NCBI RefSeq assembly: GCF_037042905.1
Contig: NC_087257.1
Span: 26,474,001-26,538,000 of the forward strand
Source: Lytechinus pictus
Taxonomy: Eukaryota
DNA: 64,000 nucleotides
Direction: 5' to 3'
The notes beneath the pieces were generated by a model. It was not told the DNA's origin. It saw only the letters and a program-made list of their open reading frames with translations, and made no database searches. Position 1 is the first letter of the stretch, and every line of letters starts with the position of its first letter. A program made the translations under genes and the position numbers. This document shows positions 37,333-50,930 of this stretch, in pieces.

Positions 37333-40300
37333 CACTGAATTACACATATACAGTAGGCCTACTGAATTACAGCACACTTTATTGCAGCACAGAACCTTGG
37401 CATCAATGGTTCATGATTTCAAAGTATCAGTTCAATATTTAGACCCACAAATGATGTTAACTTTATAGGATGAAAACTGCTTTTCTCCTCTATGTTATAT
37501 CATGTGATACTGTACAGAAACCTGTCAGGCTTGATGTCTTTTGTTAGCCAGTCATGCATCTTTATACATGCATCCACAGAATCAGACCAGACTTCGATGG
37601 AAGTTTAATGAAATTTGATGGCTGGATTTAGACATTTTATTGGGTCTGTATGTCTGTGTCATCCGTTCTCATCAATTCATCAAATTATACGCATAACTTT
37701 AACCCAGTCTGCTTTATGCCCCATTTACATTTGCTCTACGATAACTTTATGGTGCGACGATGGTACAATTTTTGTACTGATAAATGATCATTGTAGGATC
37801 TACAATTTTGTTTGAAGCAGAGTTATTCAATAATTTCAAATTCATCAAATTTCATAGCCCTACATGTACATTATTTGGGCATTGTACATGTATATTCTAC
37901 TGACATCGTACGATGAGTGTAGGGGCATCGTACAATATCTGTGCCATTTCCATATGGCCTCTGTATGGCTTTGTCTTCTACCCTTTGTGCCCCACACATG
38001 AAATCATTTTTAAATAATTTTTTAGTAGAGCATTGAGGAGAAGATACTAATGCTTTGAAAAGTGGCACGTGCGTGACCTGCTGTACATCAAAAACTTACT
38101 TTGCCAAACAAGGAAATGTAGCCACTGGTATGTCCAGAATATACATACTATTATTGCATGAACTCTACAGTTCGTTTCTGATTCTCAAGAAATCACCAGT
38201 TAGTTCACATCTGCATCAGATAAACCATTTACACCATACATGAACATGTGCTGTTTCCTTCAGACATAATATTCATAGCAGTGTGGTGTTGACACCACAC
38301 CAGATGTACATAAAACACCATTCATACTGTTTACACAGATACTGTTCGCACTAGGTATAGGCCCTATTAAAAACATGTACATCAGACAAACCTGTATGCT
38401 TTTGCACCATACATACATGTACCTGTGTATACAATTGCATTCAAATAATTTTTAGTGTTGAGGTTATAATTTGTACTGGCACATATCTGATTGTATTAGA
38501 GCTGCCCATGAGTTGAGGGGATATCTTCCCAGCATGCAATCACTCAATGCGAGGATCTCTCCCTTCCTGCCCATTGGTCTTACGTAATGCCGGAATCCGT
38601 ACCCAACTTCAAAAGAACTGACCGCACTATTCCAGCGAGACCCTGTGAGATGATGACACCTTTCTCAATCCTCTGGTATCCCCGGGGGCAGTGATACCTC
38701 TACGTGCAGCCATCTCCTGAACAGACACGACTGGATAATTGTCAAGTCCTGATCTCTTCAAGAAGTCACCTTGACATCCTCAAGGGATTAGCGAATGGGA
38801 TGGAAAATCCTTGATCTTTTTTTAAATATATAGATGAACTCTCTTAATGTCCTTATTTATATCAAGGAGGTATTGAAATGTATTAAGCCGGCCAGAAATT
38901 TTCTAAAATTCTGGTTCAAAGTTATCCAATTCCTGTTGTTTCAGCATCGGTTGTTTTGTTAATACCAATAAGTCCTCAATGATTTCAGCTGTACTATTTC
39001 AACAGGGAATTGTTTTAACATTTCGTTGATAAGGTACGGCTGCAGCTGCATCCTACATTGCCAATGGCTTTCAATATATCTCTACCTCCAATATAGGCCT
39101 ACATGTATGTACTGTAGATGTTTCTTTTTCCAGTTTTCATGTTTACAGCAATTCTCAGTCCTCTGCCTCTCTGTCACAATTTTACATTTTTTTGTCATTG
39201 GAACAATGGAAACCTTACTGTTCTCCCAGGTTTCTTTTTTTTCTTCTGCTTTTTAGTAATACGGTACTATTTCCTTCAATATTTCCTTACTGTTTGCGTG
39301 TTTGATCTCAGCAATTGCCTTCATGTGAAGATACTTGTACGTGTGTAAATTCGTAACATCAAGTATTTTTTTAGAATTCTATTGCCTTTTTTGCTTTTGC
39401 TTCAGAAAGGCATTCACTCTGACAGGGTCATCATCCTTCTCGTCCCAGATAGACAATTGGAAGCATTCCCCTTTCAAACAAAATCAACAGTGGACTGTCA
39501 TCCAGGAAAGTACAACTGGAGGTTACGCTCTAGCTTTCAAAGAGAAATGAGATGTATTTTGGATGAATCGTGATGGAGCAGTAGTACTGTAGACCATTAC
39601 GAGTTGCAGTACTACTCGCTTGGACAGCGTTGACCTCATCATATAACTTGGCAAGCTATTCAGGCCAAAGGTTCAAGAAGGTCAATTGAATTGGGTCAGA
39701 GAACTTCCAGCACTTGCTATTTATGCTTATGAATATTCATAGGCGGATGATGCCTAGTCTGTGGGTGCAGCTCCTGATTTCATGCTTTCGTTGTAATTTA
39801 TTTTGATATACCTTGAGTGCAGAGCCGGAAAATTTCATTGGTCTATGACCAGGCCTAGTCTGTCACTCTGTCGGTGAAGAAACTTTAAAACGACAACCAT
39901 TCACATTGCATGTGTCTCTATGCAGTGGCATAGCGAGGTAGAAACTGTACCTGGAGCAAGTGCTGAAAATCCTGAAATCATTCAATTTTCAACATCCCAT
40001 GTAGACCTTGGCATTGTACTCATGATGTTTATTCTTTTCTTTATTTGACATAAGATTATTCTTTCTGTACAATTTTTTTGGGTTTTGTATTTTCCACACT
40101 CCCCTGTAGTTGCCCCCCCCCCCCCGGCACTTACCACATTACGTTGCCCTTGGCCCTGACCCCTACCCTACCCCTCCCCCCATGCCCAGGCTGCGACCAT
40201 CTTCATTTCACCTCTCTGCACCAACCAATAAAGAATGATGAGGATGCATGGATACTTGTTTTCATGCATGGAAGCCATCGAGCCTTGGAGATGATGATAA

Positions 40301-40463
40301 ACATCCCATTGCTGCATTCTGTTCTCATTCCAGCTTTTCAACCCTTTCACACCCACCCAGTGATAAAAATTATGTGGTATTTTCTATTAAGAAATTCAGA
40401 GGTGATGATTTGATTTCAATTCAAGTGTTTCCATCGCAGGTCAGAGAATATTAGGGTGGTGTT

Positions 40464-40963
40464 CAGGGAAAAAGCTTCAAGGGAACCCGGGGCAATTTTT
40501 TCCCTGAATTGCTCTAAAGAGACCTTGATGGAAACTTTAAAAAAGGAACCTTGGAAAATCCCCATTCATTATAATAATAATAATAATTTAGGTATATTTA
40601 CCCAGGGAAGCCACTTCAGTTCTGAAAAATGTTCTCCCAGCGGGCCCTGCTATTATTATTACCCCGGCTTTAGCTGGGCTGCCTAGGCGCTCAAGCATTC
40701 AAGGAATTTCTTCCTACATGGTACCCATTCACCTCACCTGGGTTGAGTGCAGCACAATGTGGATAAATTTCTTGCTGAAGGAAATTACACCATGGCTGGG
40801 AATCGAACCCACGACCCTCTGTTTCAAAGTCGGAAGACTAATCCACTGGGCCACAACGCTCCACAATTACAATGTTCAAGCTTATTCAATGTTGCAGATT
40901 TTGGTAGTAAGTTGTGAAAAGTAGCCCCTTGAAATTAAAAATACAATGTAGATTTTGTGCCTG
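40464..40963. mobile_element. CAGG...CCTG MITE interrupted by a SINE
   Basis: The two halves (40464-40570, 40866-40963) join into the 37129 family; flanks GTGGTGTT / GTAGTGTT. Confidence 0.7.
40572..40862 (-). mobile_element. tRNA-derived SINE, family A (CORE-like central domain)
   Basis: Minus-strand A box TGGCCCAGTGG, B box GGTTCGATTCC, central CACTCAACCCAGGTGAGGTGAATGGGTACC, (ATT)n tail. Confidence 0.85.
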
Positions 40964-42375
40964 GTAGTGTTCCATAGAGCAGATTGTAAAGTTAAGCATG
41001 ACTGTAACGTGTTCTTAGCTGCTAAATCAGCTACGTAGTGATATATAATTTAAAACAATAAAGGGTCACAAGTCATGCGTAAAGTTGTATTGCATAACTT
41101 ACAAACAGATGTCCTGGTATTTTGCTAATAATTGAAATCATTGTACCTCTAGATAATGTCCCCCCTAAAAAATTAGGCTTAACCCTCAAATCGCAAGACC
41201 TTTTGCAGGAATTTCTGCAAGTTTGCACAGTGTTCGATTTTGCTTGTATATATTTTCTTGTGCTCATATCTACATGATCTTTATCTGATTCAGGCTGATG
41301 TGAACAGAGGAAATGATCACCACTCCTGGTATTTTGAGGTTTGCATACATCATCTGCAAGTAGGTTTGTGATTGAGCAGGTGTGAAATGTGCCTAAATGG
41401 TAGTTTACATGTATTTATGATCCAGGCCAAAAATTTGTTTCATGGGCTACTTTTCACAACTTATTGTCTAAATCTGCAACATTGGATAAGCCTGAACATT
41501 GAGATAAATGGGGATATTATCCAGGGCTCCCTTTTTTACTTTCCAGGGCTCTTTCAGCATTTCGGGGGCTTAAATCGCCCTCAACCCAATTGTAATGTCT
41601 TATTTCATTGATTGAATGCAGCCTGAGTTTACATTTTCACGTTGTTCTATACCATGAGGGGTACATGTACCCCTTTTGGTCATTTGAACTCTTATCCCAT
41701 TGCAGTGACCAGAACGTCAATCCATGATCAGGCCAATATTTTCCTATGGTTATTATCCATGTAATCTACTACCCTGTCGAGGTCATCCAGGCATTCTAAT
41801 TTCTTTCATTAGATCATCCTTCATCAGCCTGAATTTGAACAATCTTGAGATTCTAGATTGATTAGCTCCCCACAAGATTGATTTTGAGATTGAAGAAACA
41901 GGCCTATATTTTGAACGTGGGGGTTTAATTTCAAACTCTGGTCAAAAATGTAAAGCTATGAATAGGCTAAATGTGACAATTGATACAGGATTGATTTAAT
42001 GTACATGTATCAGCTCATAAATATGTCATATCTATAACTGTCTGGGAATAAAAAAAATTAGAATTATTATTATTTTTTTTTTTTGGGGGGGGGGGGCTGC
42101 TGTACATATAGCATGTCAAAGAGCACAGTGAACATATGAGCACATAATGTTAACATAATTTTTGGTTTAGAAGCTGTCTTCTGACAGTAACAGTCAGACA
42201 TCTGTGCTTCTCAGCTAATCAAAACCAAGGTATTGACATGTCTTGCCAGATGACATACATGTAATGCCTGCCATGCGGATCGCTGAATAGCACGATTTTT
42301 CACAAAACCCTATAACATTGTCTGGTCCTTATAATCGCAGCTTTACCTACCACATTATCCATAATTATCCAGTGT

Positions 42376-42590
42376 ATAGTGGGTTTGAATCCCAGTCATG
42401 GCACAATTTTCTTCAGCAAGAAATGGATCCACATTGTGCCTCACTCAATCCAGGTGAGGTAAATGGGTACCAGGCAGGATGAATTATTTTCTGCACAAAG
42501 TGCGCTGGAGCTATAAATGATTAAAAGCTGGGGTAATAATGTGCACCAGCTAGATAGTCTACACTTGATAAATGCTAGATAATATTATAA
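42376..42590 (+). mobile_element. 5'-truncated SINE, family A
   Basis: B box GGTTTGAATCC and CCAGGTGAGGTAAATGGGTACC. Further degenerate minus-strand copies at ~19937-20060 and ~55283-55400. Confidence 0.7.
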
Positions 42591-43234
42591 TACAAATTAT
42601 CTGAGCAAGTTTGAGTTTGTTGTAAATTCATGATATACCAGATCAGAAATATTTTGCTGCCTTATATATTGTTGAAAGCTCAGGCTGGTGGAAACAGGAC
42701 CTTTCAAAACCTGCCCAGGGATGGATTCATTCAAAATTCCATTTTCTAAGTGAGTGCTTTGTGCTTGATATTTCATGGGATCTCTCATTTGCAACTGCTA
42801 ATGAGGAAAGTAATTCTGCTTTTAAAGGGATTACAGGTTTAAACTGATCATTGAACTGTGTTGAATTTGACTTTCAATGGTGATGTGAGAAAAAAAGGCA
42901 TTTTTTGTCTGTAGCAATAGGGTTTGCATGACTGTAAGGTGTACTTGTTTTAGTTTACCGACATCTGCAAATGTCTGTTTCGTAACAAGAAATTTTACTG
43001 GTAAATGGCTCTTTTACATTTGGTTTGTGATTATCATAGTATGCTTGGAGGTATTGGAGGATGATCATGCCCTGGTAGTGTCCTACTATGATTGTATGAT
43101 TTTGGTACGGATTTTCAATCAGCCTAGGGTCTACAATATTGTTTTGTTAGTTTATCCCTGGACATATCTTTATAGAGATATCATATGATCTTGATGGAGA
43201 AATCACACATTCTCCTCTCTGTTATCATGTAATT

Positions 43235-43513
43235 GGCCTGATGTGGTCTAGTGGTTCTGACTCTTGTCTTTCAAATAGAGGGTCATGGGTTTGAATCCCA
43301 AGCCATGACGTGTTTTCCTTCAGCAAGAAATTTATCCACACTGTGCTGCACTCGACCCAGGGGAGGTGAATGGGTACCCGGCAGGATTAATTCCTTGGAT
43401 GCACTTAGCGCCGGTGATGGTAGCTCGATCTATAAAAGCCGTGGTAATAATAGCAAGCGCTTTGTATCCTCAGGCAAAAAAGCACTATATAAATCAAGCT
43501 ATTATTATTATTA
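43235..43513 (+). mobile_element. tRNA-derived SINE, family A
   Basis: A box TGGTCTAGTGG, B box GGTTTGAATCC, central GCACTCGACCCAGG..AGGTGAATGGGTACC, (ATT)n tail. Confidence 0.85.
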
Positions 43514-43563
43514 GTTTATAAACGCTGTGATATAGTTAACTATGGAGAGCGTACTAAATGCTA

Positions 43564-43564
<1 letters not shown>

Positions 43565-43600
<36 letters not shown>
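43565..43600. repeat. (TTA)n microsatellite
   Basis: About 12 uninterrupted TTA units. Confidence 0.95.
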
Positions 43601-43602
<2 letters not shown>

Positions 43603-44048
43603 ATTATATGCAGTCCTCTCTGTATTGCTTTGTCTTTGCTCCATGATGCATACATGTAGCACATAAAATGTGTGATGGCAAATTATGTAAACATATTGTA
43701 GCCCCAAGGCACCTACATGTACGTGTAGTGATTGTAGAAAATGTGTTTGCACTTCATGATTATTAGGCCTTCTTAATTTCTTTTAAAAAGGAAAAGGAAG
43801 GTATAAGTGATTTGTAAGTTGAGCAACCTTTTCCAACTGTCCAAAGTCTGAGTGACTACTTGGAATAATTGTGCTTTCTAGTTTAATTATAGAACAGGGA
43901 CTTGGGACTGTAGAAAAATATATGTGGAAGGAAGAGGGGGGTCTGTGCTCCCATCTGGTAAAGTTTCATCTCCCTGATAGAAAGATAGACAGATAGATGA
44001 ATAAATAATTCAATATGGATAATATCAAATCTACATGTAAAACACAAG

Positions 44049-44379
44049 GGGTGGTATTCTGATTTAATATCAAACCTCAGTTTAACCCTGGTCTAAAACT
44101 AGAATTTGAAACCACACTTCTAAGGAATACTGGGCTTCATGATATATCTTTCATATTTGTGGCAAATATAATGTATCAAAACAATTCTCTAAAATTCATT
44201 ACATTTTTTGCATTTTGTTATTATTCCCATTTCATGACTCAATTATTTTTTGGGCAATTTTGTTTTTTTTTCAGCAGGATAAGAAGAATTTTTTATTGGT
44301 GAACTGGCACTGGTAAAAGTGAGGTTAACCCGGGTTTAACCCATGTTTAACTAAAACCATGGCTATTAGAATACCACCC
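44049..44379. mobile_element. Harbinger-like MITE
   Basis: TIR GGGTGGTATTCT / AGAATACCACCC with subterminal TTAACCC motifs. Confidence 0.7.
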
Positions 44380-46793
44380 AAAATGTCATACGCTCACTGA
44401 TTCCAAACTCTTCTTTATTGCAGTGATAGGTATGCCTACGTTTTTTAATGGAAAATGTGTTTTTACTCCAATTTATTGCATCAGGATGTTTGTAAACCGT
44501 TTTTTATGAGTGTCCATATATAATGGTACTAGAGGATTAAACAATTCCCTCTGCCTAATCTGAACTTGGGAAAAAGCTAGGCCAAGGAGCTTCAAATGCC
44601 TCCTTGGGTAGGCCAACCTTAGCCGACTGACCAGTGTCATTAATTAGCTATGTTCACATGGCATGGTCAGCATCATCAGACGAAGTTATTCCTTCAACTT
44701 GACATCATAATTCATAGTGATTAAGTCAGTGGATTGGGAGTGCAAGACCTTCCCACTATCCAACCCTCCCTTAAAGAAATAAATGATAATAATATAAAAA
44801 AGTGAAAATCTATACCCCAAAACACTTCTGGCGTTGAAAACTAGAGGACATATATCTATAACATTTTAGCATCTGACAACTTGCTTGATCTCAAAAGTTT
44901 CCTTGGTTCTACTTTTGATTGGCTGAGAATCACAATTGTTTGACTGTTCCTGGTAATTTTAGGATAATGGCAACTTGTTAGTGCTGAAACTTCCATTAAA
45001 CCATGGACCTACAACAGAGTCCGATGATGAAACTTTCATGTGAACATCACTCTTGATTTATCTGACCCAATTCACAGCAACCCATCTGACAGATTTATAA
45101 CTTCAATCAAGCCTCCATGCCTACTCCATTTCCAAACTCTTTGCACATACCCTACCCTTCAAGACGGCGTGCTGCCGTTTCCACGGAAATCTGTATTCCT
45201 TTGTCAACAAAATACTTTTTCTAAACGGGATAGGGCAACCTCTCCTACGCATCTTCAATCTTTCCAGAAAGTGTTTCAAATTGGTAAACTCTGATGAATT
45301 TAAAATAGTCTATCAATTTGATGAATTTGATTGAACTGACTGTTGGAGAAGCCTAGCAGAGTGTATTTATACATTCTCTTTTGGTTTTCAATAATTTGTT
45401 ATGAGTAGCTGTTATGTGGATGATAACAGTGAGTTATTTCTTGGCGTCAGCTGGCCTGAATACCGTAGTAGACCCCCCCCCCCTCCTCCCCAACACTTTA
45501 GAGGGCTTTTTACACTGGCAAGATTGGCTTGAAGGGCATAGTGAGGCTCTCGAGACCCGCTGAAAGTAATGATCTTAAGTCTAATTTTACTTTTTTGTAA
45601 ACTTGGTTTTGTTATATATGTAGCATACTTGCCAATTGTGCCAACTACTGTACCTACTCTTTTTTAGGGTGAGGGACAATTTAACCATATTGATCATGTG
45701 CCCCTGTTCTTGCAAAAAAAAGTATATGTGCACAATGTAGCAATGTCCTCTATTTTTTTAAAAACTCTTTCTGAATCATTTGTCCCTTTTCATGGACTGA
45801 CAGCTTGGCAAAAATCAGTAGCCTCATTTTTCTTTTCAAAATTTTTTTGAGTGATTTTCATTTCAGAGATCGATTAAATGAATTATATTCTTGTACACAG
45901 AAACAGAATGGTTATTCGCCCCCTCCCCAATGTTTTGACACTAAAGAGTCGCCCTATACAAGTAGATATGGCTATAGGCCTACTATAATTACTTTTTTTT
46001 TGGGGGGGGGGGTAAAGCTTGAATTTGAAATTGTGCATGTATATGGTTTATTTTTAGAATTTGGGCATTATGGCGAATCTGCTTCCTTGTTCTGTGAATG
46101 CAATTAGTATTACAAATTATACTGCTGAAACTACTATTAAATATTGCTCTTATGCTAAAAACTGTAGAGTGTTTTTCTTGGCTGGTAATTCTCATATTAA
46201 ACTAGGAATTAGTTTCAATGAGATTTTATAGAGCTGGGCACTTGAATGATATCTGTTACCATGGTGATACCATTACCTTTGATTACAATATTATGCGTGC
46301 TAGGCTTCTCCAATTTCCTTTGTTATCTACTGATTTTTCGTTGCTCCATACATTTTATTTGCTCTAATTGCAGGCTGAAGCTTGTTTGTTTGATGTTTCG
46401 TACCCAAGGGTTTCCAAATACATTTATGTTCAAACTATGGTTAGATTTTGAGGATTTTTTACGTCAGTCATGAAAATACATGTCTTTTATAAAACACAGG
46501 TTCTGAAAAGATTGCATTTGATTGGCAATTCCTGGGAATAATTTTATGGTATTGCTATGCATGTTATAGGTAACTAAATGCTGCACAAAATGACTTTTGT
46601 GTCACAGGATTTTACAACAAGATTGTACAAAACATTGTGAAATATTTTCAAACAGCCTAAAGTGTGAATTTTGAGAAGTATAAAACAAATCCTCGCAATC
46701 CCTGCTCAAGAGTGAGTTCTGTATTGTATCATACATCGTTATTATTGTTGAAATTGAACCAATTGCAGAAATTTCTGCATTTTAGCTCTTGTA

Positions 46794-46940
46794 CACAGTA
46801 AAAAAAAATAGCATGTTGTTTAAAGCCTGTCACTCTAACAACAAGTTGTTTAAACTTTTTGAACAACTTTTTTTTTAAAGTTTAAACAATAATTGTTAGA
46901 GTAAGGGGCTTAAACAATGTGCTTAAACTTTTAAACAGTG
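46794..46940. mobile_element. Short CAC-terminal (EnSpm/CACTA-like) MITE
   Basis: TA-CACAGTAAAAA ... TTTTAAACAGTG-TA; internal inverted CTCTAACAA / TTGTTAGAG. Confidence 0.55.
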
Positions 46941-47163
46941 TATGTCTCACAACTTATATGTTTTAGTATTTGGAGTTTTGTTGATTTTGTCGCCAGACAT
47001 AAAAAAGAAAATTTAGTGCCATCTCTATTGTCAAAGACAGTCATCTTTATCACCACTGCTCTCCTGATCAGCTGGAAACTGCTTTGATGAAGTTTATGCT
47101 TGCCTGTAAACATGTAGATTCAGTCACTCTGTCCAAATCCATGAAAGAAAGTGTGTCAAAAGA

Positions 47164-47546
47164 TATACCCCTTTCATAAACCTATCCTCCAATTAGCCGC
47201 CTAATAGAAATGCGGATAATTCAATAAAAATTGCGTTCACAAACTCCGAAAATTATCCGCATTATTTTTACGAGCGCCCGTCCTGAAAAAGGCGGATAAT
47301 CGTCATGACAACTGGACTCGCCCCTCCGATGCGGTTGTGTTGGAAAAGGGTGACCTTGTGACCGCACCATGGCAATTATCCGCATTATTTGGAAATACGT
47401 TCATAAACTCAAAATCTTGTTCCGATGCTGCTATTATGCGGATAATTGCAGCATCAAAATAATGCGGATAACTCTGGTCCTCCTCCGATTTTACGACCAA
47501 ATTATGCTGCTATTAGCCGCATAATTGGGTTTATGAAAGGGGTATA
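47164..47546. mobile_element. Harbinger-like MITE
   Basis: Perfect 19-bp TIR TATACCCCTTTCATAAACC / GGTTTATGAAAGGGGTATA; AGA on both sides; internal GCGGATAAT repeats. Confidence 0.85.
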
Positions 47547-47641
47547 AGACATACCTTGGGGCTTTGAATCCATTGCAGAAATAATTGTAATCAAATGCAA
47601 CTCCCAAAATCAAACAAAGCTTGATTTATTCGAAACAATCA

Positions 47642-47858
47642 GTGCCGACAGCACAGAAAACGTTGTTAGCCTAAATACAGTTCGCTATAAACAGCAAGCC
47701 CTGTCACATCTTTTAGATTGTGAAATCAAAACATTAATTTCAACGTGTAAGTAGTGCATTGTTGTAACATTGGGCATCGCTGCGACATTACCGGTTGTAA
47801 CAGGGCCTCTTTTAGCGCATTGTTTTTAGCGCTAACAACGTTTCAGTGCGGTCAGTAC
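47642..47858. mobile_element. MITE-like element with imperfect ~28-bp TIRs
   Basis: GACAGCACAGAAAACGTTGTTAGC / GCTAACAACGTTTCAGTGCGGTC. Confidence 0.6.
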
Positions 47859-50696
47859 AGAAGTGCACATACATGTATGGGACTTGCATTTGATTTTTTT
47901 GTCATTTTAGACCTCTCTCCCACTGGTTGAATATTACCTGTCTTGAATATGAACATACACTTGTTGATTGATATCATAGACATGGGTTACTCTCGTGCAG
48001 TGAATATTCAATTTGATTGAATTTTCCTTCTTTTTCCCTTATGTAAGAAACGTTAAGTGCGTCCCTTTAAACGATAGAGGAAGCGGCATCTGTATATTGA
48101 TTCTCTTGGTGTGGACGTAGGTCTCACACGTCGATGTTGGCTTGCTTGATTCCGGCATGGGTAACTGGATATTTATTCTGAACCTGCAGATGGGATTAGA
48201 TGAGCGAGATTCTAAGTTATGCCCTGTTCGCACTGGAAAAGTAAAGAGAAAATGGTGTTGTATCTGAATGTGTTATAAAAAAGGGGGGGGGTCTCTTGTG
48301 GGAGTTATGATATTTGTTGGTGTAACCCCCCCCCCCCCCCATCTTTCTCTCTCTCTTGAGTGTTTAAAGGTGATCTTAAGAAAAAAAGAGAAGTTTGAAA
48401 ATTGTAATCCTGTCAAATCATTTTTTTTTTGGGGGGGGGGTTAATTCATATTGTTGCTATGATTTTAAGGAGATTTAAGGCACTTGCTATTAAATTTTCA
48501 AATGACTCTTTTTGTATTTGAGAAATTTTAGTTGCCTATACATAGGTTCCTTCTGTGTACATGTACAGTAATTTTGCTTGTCTGAACAGGGTGAGATGGA
48601 TGAAGAGATGTCTTGATTTGTATTATGTCCTAGGATTGACCAGTCAGTGTCCAGATCCTATATCATGTATTATGCAGAGTGAGGGGAAAGTCGATGCGAG
48701 AATACTGGATTATTAACATGCGCTTTTAAAATCACACTTCTAACATCAACTGGTAAAGGGGAGGTTTTAATTTTATTCATGTGCAGGATACAGGTATTCT
48801 GCATTTTCATTTTTTGTGTGTGATTTATATGTAGGCCTATAAGGTAATTTTCCGATTGCAGTTTTTCATTTTTTTTTGGGGGGGGGATTTTTTTTTTGCC
48901 TTTCATAAAGACATGATTGAGGAATCTGTTAAATGAATTTTAGCTATCATGATACTTTAAGAATCACACTACTAAACTCATTGGACTTTCAAAGTTACAT
49001 CATATATTAAAATTGTAAGGAAAGATGAATACATGTTCCAGTATTCAAAGATGTCACATTCATTTTCATGAGTATGATGAAGAATAGAAAGCTGGTTCAC
49101 TGCAAATAATTGCCCATCCTTTATCTTAAGATCATGATTAAAATAGCAGAGATGGTCAACTGACAAATTGTGATGTTTCTTCCTCAGTTAAAACAACAGA
49201 GAGCCTTAAATATTTTATTAAAAGGCACATGAATGGTGAATACCAATATTTTTGGCCAACAAATGTTGTCAGAACGCTACCTCAGAACTTTAATATGAAA
49301 ATGTTATTTGTACCCTCAAGTGAAAGAAGGATGACTGCTTTCCTCTGATGTCCTGTTGAATTAGGAGAGTAATGCGGCGCCACCTCACAGAGTATTAAGC
49401 TTCATAAATGATCATTTGCTTTTCTTGTGTATATTTGATGCAGTTTCAACTGGCAGCAGTAATATTAGTCTGCATTTAATGCACCAAGAGATTTCTTATG
49501 TCTCAGATGTGGAATGAGAATTTTAAAAGCAAAATATGGCAGGCTGTTTTTTCTTCTTTTTTTCTGTTCTCCTGCTCAACATCCTTCCACTAGTCATTTT
49601 ATTTTGTATATACGTCTGCCTACATGTAGTTAGAAATTGTATTCCTTGTTTATCTTTTTCCTGTTTTATTTGCTGGTAAAATTAATTTTCTTCATCAATT
49701 TTACATGTAGGCTTTGAATATATCTATTTCTAGTTTCTTTCTGCTCCACATTTTGTTTTGTTGCGTGACTTGCGTCTTGCATCTTCGGAGGGGGGTGGGC
49801 AGCTCTCCTATTTGATTTCCTATTCTTATATCTGTCTTCATCCCTGTCATTCCCTTTGTATCTTTCCCTTCTCTTTTCTTTCTACCCCCCCCCTTCTCTC
49901 TCTCTCTCTCTCCTGACCCCCTTCTCAATCTCCCATTCCCATCCTCTCTTCCCCCCCCCCTCTCCATCTACATGTACCCCCCATCTTTCCCTCTTCTTGC
50001 CCCTCACTTTGGCTCTTTTACATTCCTCCTCTTTTTCTTCTTGCCTCTCTGAAGTATTTCCATCTCCGGTATCTTTTATCACACTTAAATAGATAGCCAC
50101 AGCTGAGTATCTTGACATTGATGTAGCTCTTCTCTCTATTTCTCAATCTATATCATTACCGGCCCAGTATTTCCCCTTTGTAGCATTAAACCTTATTTCC
50201 CAATCAGTGATAAATGGTTACGTATATTATGTGAAAATGTAATTTCTCTCTAATTCCCTGTACACTGACCCAGATCATTTTGAACTTTTCATCAAAGGAG
50301 ATTAGTTTGAATACTAATCATACAATAGTATACCAACCTACATAAAGCCTAGCGATTGATCGCGGGCTTATTTTGACGATTCATTGCATTGATTGTTATC
50401 TATTTAAATCAGACATACAATTAATCCCCAAGGTTTATGTTATGGGGCTCAGTTTATGCTTCGTGTATAGGGCCTATATTGAATAATAATGACCATTTTC
50501 AAAATTATCTTTTTGGACCATCTACCTTAACCCCCCCCCCCCCCCCACACACACACACACATACACAGTTTATTACACTGGAATGTAATTTCTAAGTTTA
50601 ACAAACCATCAGTTATCAGATTATATACAGACACTTGTCCTTCATCTTTAAGCCAATTATAACCATTTCTGTGATAGTCAATTATAGGATGACCAG

Positions 50697-50930
50697 GGCC
50701 CCGTCTTACAAAGAGTTATGATTGATCCAATCAATCGTAACTATGGAAATCCATCAGTGTCAATTTTTTTCTACAAGAAATTTGTAATATGTCCTTTGTA
50801 AACAAAGGAGAACACACCAATTATGATCTAGAAAAAATGTTGAACTAACATGCATTTTACATGTTGACTTTGTTGGCTTTCCATAGTTGCAATTGATCGG
50901 ATCAATCACATCTCTTTGTAAGACGGGCCC
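50697..50930. mobile_element. Harbinger-like MITE with CAG TSD
   Basis: TIR GGCCCCGTCTTACAAAGAG / CTCTTTGTAAGACGGGCCC; CAG on both sides. Older relatives at 35904-36172 and 60812-61029. Confidence 0.85.
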
